Assembly (NCBI RefSeq): GCF_000014265.1
Contig: NC_008312.1
Location: 5,910,001 to 5,942,000 of the forward strand
From: Trichodesmium erythraeum IMS101
GTDB taxonomy: Bacteria; Cyanobacteriota; Cyanobacteriia; Cyanobacteriales; Microcoleaceae
Direction: 5' to 3'
Length of the DNA stretch: 32,000 bases
How positions within the stretch are numbered: position 1 is the stretch's first letter; each line of letters opens with the position of its first letter. Positions 28,558 to 32,000 of this stretch are shown piece by piece. The notes under the pieces are model-generated. The model was given only the letters and a program-made list of their open reading frames with translations, had not been told where the DNA came from and did not search any database. Position numbers and translations under genes: made by a program.

Positions 28558-30348
28558 TAAGTATTGAACTATTAGCTAAGTAGGTAAAAATTTGACTTAG
28601 TTGATAACTTACATTATTGGAGTGAACTTTATATTAATTATTTAGTTATAAGTAAAACTCAAAATTTTTAGGAATAAATATTAGAACTAGAGCTAGCCTC
28701 TAAAATTTGTACTTATATATAAGTGTAAGATATTAATTTAGGGATTGCTGTTAGGTGCAAATATAAATAGATCAAATCATTCTCCACTTAAGTGTTAGAG
28801 AATTTGTGTCTTAATATAAGTAACTACAACAGAAAATACTATCAGTTTTCCAGATAATGCTTTCGTTATTTTTTTAGGAGAAAAGTTTAGGTTTACCATT
28901 CTCCTATCTAGGGACTAAATGTAGAGCTCTCTCTAGAATCAGATATTTTTATTATAATCAACAGGAATTACGCATACACAATATGTACAGGGTACTTTTA
29001 TATTGAATTATCAATACTATAATTCGTTATATTTTCGGATAAATATTACTTTGAATATATATTATTTGGGAACAAAAAAATCACAAAATATCTAAAATTA
29101 AATTACAAATTTTTCAATTAGTTTAATAATAATCATTAGATCATCATGACATAATTATATTACTGTTAAAAATATGGATTTTAATTATGTTTTCACTTAT
29201 CAATATTTACTCAAATATTATAGGTATTGTATAATCAAAAACTTAGCAAATCGAAAATATTAGTTCCGATAAAATAAATTCTTATTGAATAACAGAGTGT
29301 TTAAATTGATAATTCCGATAAAAAATGTAAAAAAAAATATGCCTATCGACAACAGGATATTTAATATTTGATGACACAGTAATAAAACAAAAAATGTGCA
29401 TAAAATTTAAAATATGCGACGACAATATAGTGGTAATAAACATTCAGAAAATTCAGCTACAAAGCTCGTGACATAGAAATAGTTAATTCTATATATTTTA
29501 ATCTTCAAACTTAACAATTATAGATTATATAATTTATGAGACAGATACTGACAAAAAACGAAAATAGATCATGTAAAAAAAAATCATAATCAATTCTATC
29601 AACAATAACATTATTTAAAAATCTATTGATGTCAAGTTTGGATACAATACAAAGATTAATAGTTTTAACAGATAATTTAGGAACGGTTTACTATTTTTAT
29701 TTAAAAATTAACCCTGCTTGTTAATAATACAAGTAGTGTAGAAAAATACAAGCTTATTCAAGATTTAACGAGGAGGTGAAACTCAAAATTATGAGGAAAA
29801 ATAATTAAAATTCAAGGCTTTCCACGAGATAAAAAAGTAAAAATATTTTGGTAATAGTGTTTCTTCCAACTTCAGCAGAATATCTTTTTACTAATAAGCT
29901 CAATCAATCATCACGCTGATAATATAGATTTGAATCTAAAACTAAATGTAAAATAGAAGATATCAATTTAGAAATTAAGCAATTAAACAATTAACAGGTC
30001 TATAATGTGGTCAGTTTCGTTTGGGAATAGCTCAAAAAAAATCTTATGAATTTTGCTATGGAGCGTGTGGAAATTATGAAAAAAATTACTGTAACAATAG
30101 GAAAAAGTATTGATCAGGATGGGTCTTGAATTATTATCATCTGGGTCTGACCTCAGGATTGAAATATTCTTAAATTAAAAGAAAGCAAATTTTAACTTGA
30201 ATAACTAAAGTATTTTTTAAAGTGTTTTTAATAAAAATGGTTAAGGGTTCGCAGAGTTTTTCCTCAGCCGTATCACACAAAAATATAGTGAATATCTCCG
30301 AATTTTTCATGCACTATATTAATATTGTCTTGGCGCAAATCCTGCTCA

Positions 30349-30412
30349 ATTAACTAACAATTAATTCAAATTTTAACCAAAGCTTAAACGAAATTTAAAC
30401 CAGTTTTAAACT
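30349..30412 (+). promoter_or_regulatory. Tandem Pho boxes (PhoB/SphR binding array) upstream of phoX
   Basis: Four 8-bp units lie on an exact 11-bp pitch: TTTAACCA (30372), CTTAAACG (30383), TTTAAACC (30394) and TTTAAACT (30405). They match the cyanobacterial consensus PyTTAAPyPy(T/A) with 3-nt linkers. Two weaker units are ATTAACTA (30349) and ATTAATTC (30360). The array ends 150 nt before the phoX ATG. Confidence 0.7.
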
Positions 30413-30561
30413 AATAATCAATATTTATGAGCTAAACTATCTGAGGTGATATTAAATAGACATCAAATAAGAGGTCAAAAATACAGCTAGTAGCTGTTAG
30501 TAATATATCTCAAGTCTATATCTACCACTCGGATCAGAGAGAGAAATTAGAAATTTTTTTT

Positions 30562-32000
30562 ATGTCCAGGCTAACTCGCAGAAAACTGTTAATGTTCTTC
30601 GGATGTAGCGCAGCTGCTACAGCACTATCACCAAAAATTGAAAATTTTTTGGGTAGTAACTCTGAAGTGGCTCTTGCTCAAACTCAAGGTTTGAGTTTCA
30701 CACCCCTGAAACTGGCGCATCCTTTAGAAGCTTATGAAAAACATTCTAGCTTTGTACCTTTAGGAACTGGTGGAGAAGGAGCAACTTTAGGAGCAGGTGT
30801 AGATGTAGCACTACAATCATATCAGTACTTTGATGATGTAATAGTACCTCCCGAATATGAAAGGTATGTAATTGTTAGTTGGGGCGATCGCGTATTCCCT
30901 GACTCTGAAGAGTACTTTGGTTATAATGCTGACTATGTAAGTTTTATTCCTGTTAATGGTAATCCTGATGATGGTTACTTATGGACTAACCATGAGTATG
31001 TCTCATATCCAATGTCACCATTATTAGCACGTAGTGATGACTTAGAAGGTTTCCCCACAACAGACAAACTTGTACTAGGTTTAGATTTATCTCAGTCTAG
31101 TATCTCCACCTTAGGTGAATTTGGTTATAACCAAGGTGGTTCTATTGTCAGAATTAAAAAAGGTAGTAACGGTCAATATGCTACTGTAGCAGACAGTGCT
31201 AATCGTCGAATACACCTCTTATCTGGACTAGGAATTAACTCCGAACGTTCTGATAACTATCAAAGAGTTACATCTTGGGGTACAGCTAGCTATCAGACTG
31301 GAGACAAAAACTTCTTAATTGGTACTGGACCTGCTGCTGTTGAAGTATTCCCTCTAAGTTCTGATGGACTGGGTAATAAAATCATTGGTACAGCATTCAA
31401 CTGTTCTGGTGGTACAACTCCCTGGGGAACAGTTCTAACTGCAGAAGAGAACTTCCAAGGTAGCGTTACCGAAGCTGTATCACCTAATGGTACTCAAACT
31501 GGTTATAAGGAAGAGGGTATAGGTTTTACTTTTGGTTTAGTTGGTGAAAAGTATGGCTGGATGGTAGAAGTTTCTCCAGCAGACCCAAGTTTCCAAAATA
31601 AGAAACATACAGCTTTAGGTCGTTTTCGCCATGAAAATATTGCGTTCCGAGTAGAAGCAGGTAAACCGTTAGCAGCTTATATGGGAGATGACCGTCGTGG
31701 TGGTCACACATGGAAGTTTGTGAGTGATGGTATTGTTTCTAATCCTACCGATCCAAGTAACAGCAGATTATTTAATAGCGGAACTCTCTATGCTGCACGC
31801 TTAAATCCTGATGGTTCTGGTCAATGGATTCCATTAATTCCTGCCACACGTACTAACCCTCTATCACCAAGAGAACTTGCTGAAGCTGAATTAAATGTTT
31901 TTGGTAAAGCTCAAAGAGATGGTCGCATCCGCTTACCTCAACGTCTTGGTATTGCTGGAGGAGAAGAAAATGGTGGGTATTTCATTGTAGACTTAACAAA
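30562..32000 (+). CDS. phoX: PhoX-type (DUF839) alkaline phosphatase with a twin-arginine signal peptide; the 3' end lies outside the window
   Basis: My own translation from ATG 30562 is open to the window end (479 codons; it is absent from the ORF track because no stop is reached). The Tat motif is SRLTRRKLLMFFGCSAAA. PhoX hallmarks are present: WTNHEY, NCSGGTTPWGTVLTAEEN, GWMVEV, GRFRHENIA, YMGDDRRGGHTWKFVS. Confidence 0.9.
   Translation, partial: MSRLTRRKLLMFFGCSAAATALSPKIENFLGSNSEVALAQTQGLSFTPLKLAHPLEAYEKHSSFVPLGTGGEGATLGAGVDVALQSYQYFDDVIVPPEYERYVIVSWGDRVFPDSEEYFGYNADYVSFIPVNGNPDDGYLWTNHEYVSYPMSPLLARSDDLEGFPTTDKLVLGLDLSQSSISTLGEFGYNQGGSIVRIKKGSNGQYATVADSANRRIHLLSGLGINSERSDNYQRVTSWGTASYQTGDKNFLIGTGPAAVEVFPLSSDGLGNKIIGTAFNCSGGTTPWGTVLTAEENFQGSVTEAVSPNGTQTGYKEEGIGFTFGLVGEKYGWMVEVSPADPSFQNKKHTALGRFRHENIAFRVEAGKPLAAYMGDDRRGGHTWKFVSDGIVSNPTDPSNSRLFNSGTLYAARLNPDGSGQWIPLIPATRTNPLSPRELAEAELNVFGKAQRDGRIRLPQRLGIAGGEENGGYFIVDLT

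Noticed and set aside
1-32000. Scan for tRNA, rRNA, tmRNA, RNase P and SRP RNA signatures
   Set aside because: I saw no T-loop GGTTCGA(A/T)TCC-type box in a tRNA-like context and no conserved rRNA, RNase P (GGAAAGTCC) or tmRNA core. The absence is by eye only.

Overview
This is an AT-rich chromosomal window from a filamentous cyanobacterium. Supporting evidence: glnA behind a canonical NtcA box, the allophycocyanin gene apcF, gatB, a Tat-signal PhoX phosphatase behind tandem Pho boxes, and seven perfect HIP1 octamers (GCGATCGC). My CDS calls cover only about 62% of the window, and there is a nonsense-riddled pseudogene and an IS remnant. Together these best fit a Trichodesmium-like genome; that assignment is inference, since no search was possible. 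Gene order: (1) the 3' 6.9 kb of a giant repeat-built beta-helical protein ending in a CHAT protease domain; (2) a minus-strand housekeeping block (lipoate-ligase family, YbjN-like, SAM methyltransferase, glnA); (3) apcF and tlyA; (4) a TauD-family pseudogene and a transposase fragment; (5) a membrane protein; (6) two paralogous P-loop GTPase/membrane-domain genes; (7) a thioredoxin-fold protein, gatB and a Pro-rich protein; (8) the 5' 1.4 kb of phoX. The most unusual feature is the 3.2-kb gap between the two GTPase genes. It consists almost entirely of eight full and one partial tandem copies (262-332 bp) of the last ~320 nt of the upstream GTPase gene, stop codon included. The copies carry stops and a frameshift. 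The array has a 650-bp higher-order periodicity, in-frame 12-bp and ~58-bp indels, a very well conserved ~95-nt tail, and a promoter-like hexamer pair in every copy that the parent gene lacks. Two ~2-kb ORF-free AT-rich deserts and a GC-richer ~450-nt non-coding block upstream of apcF also deserve transcript-level checks. I saw no rRNA, tRNA or CRISPR array.
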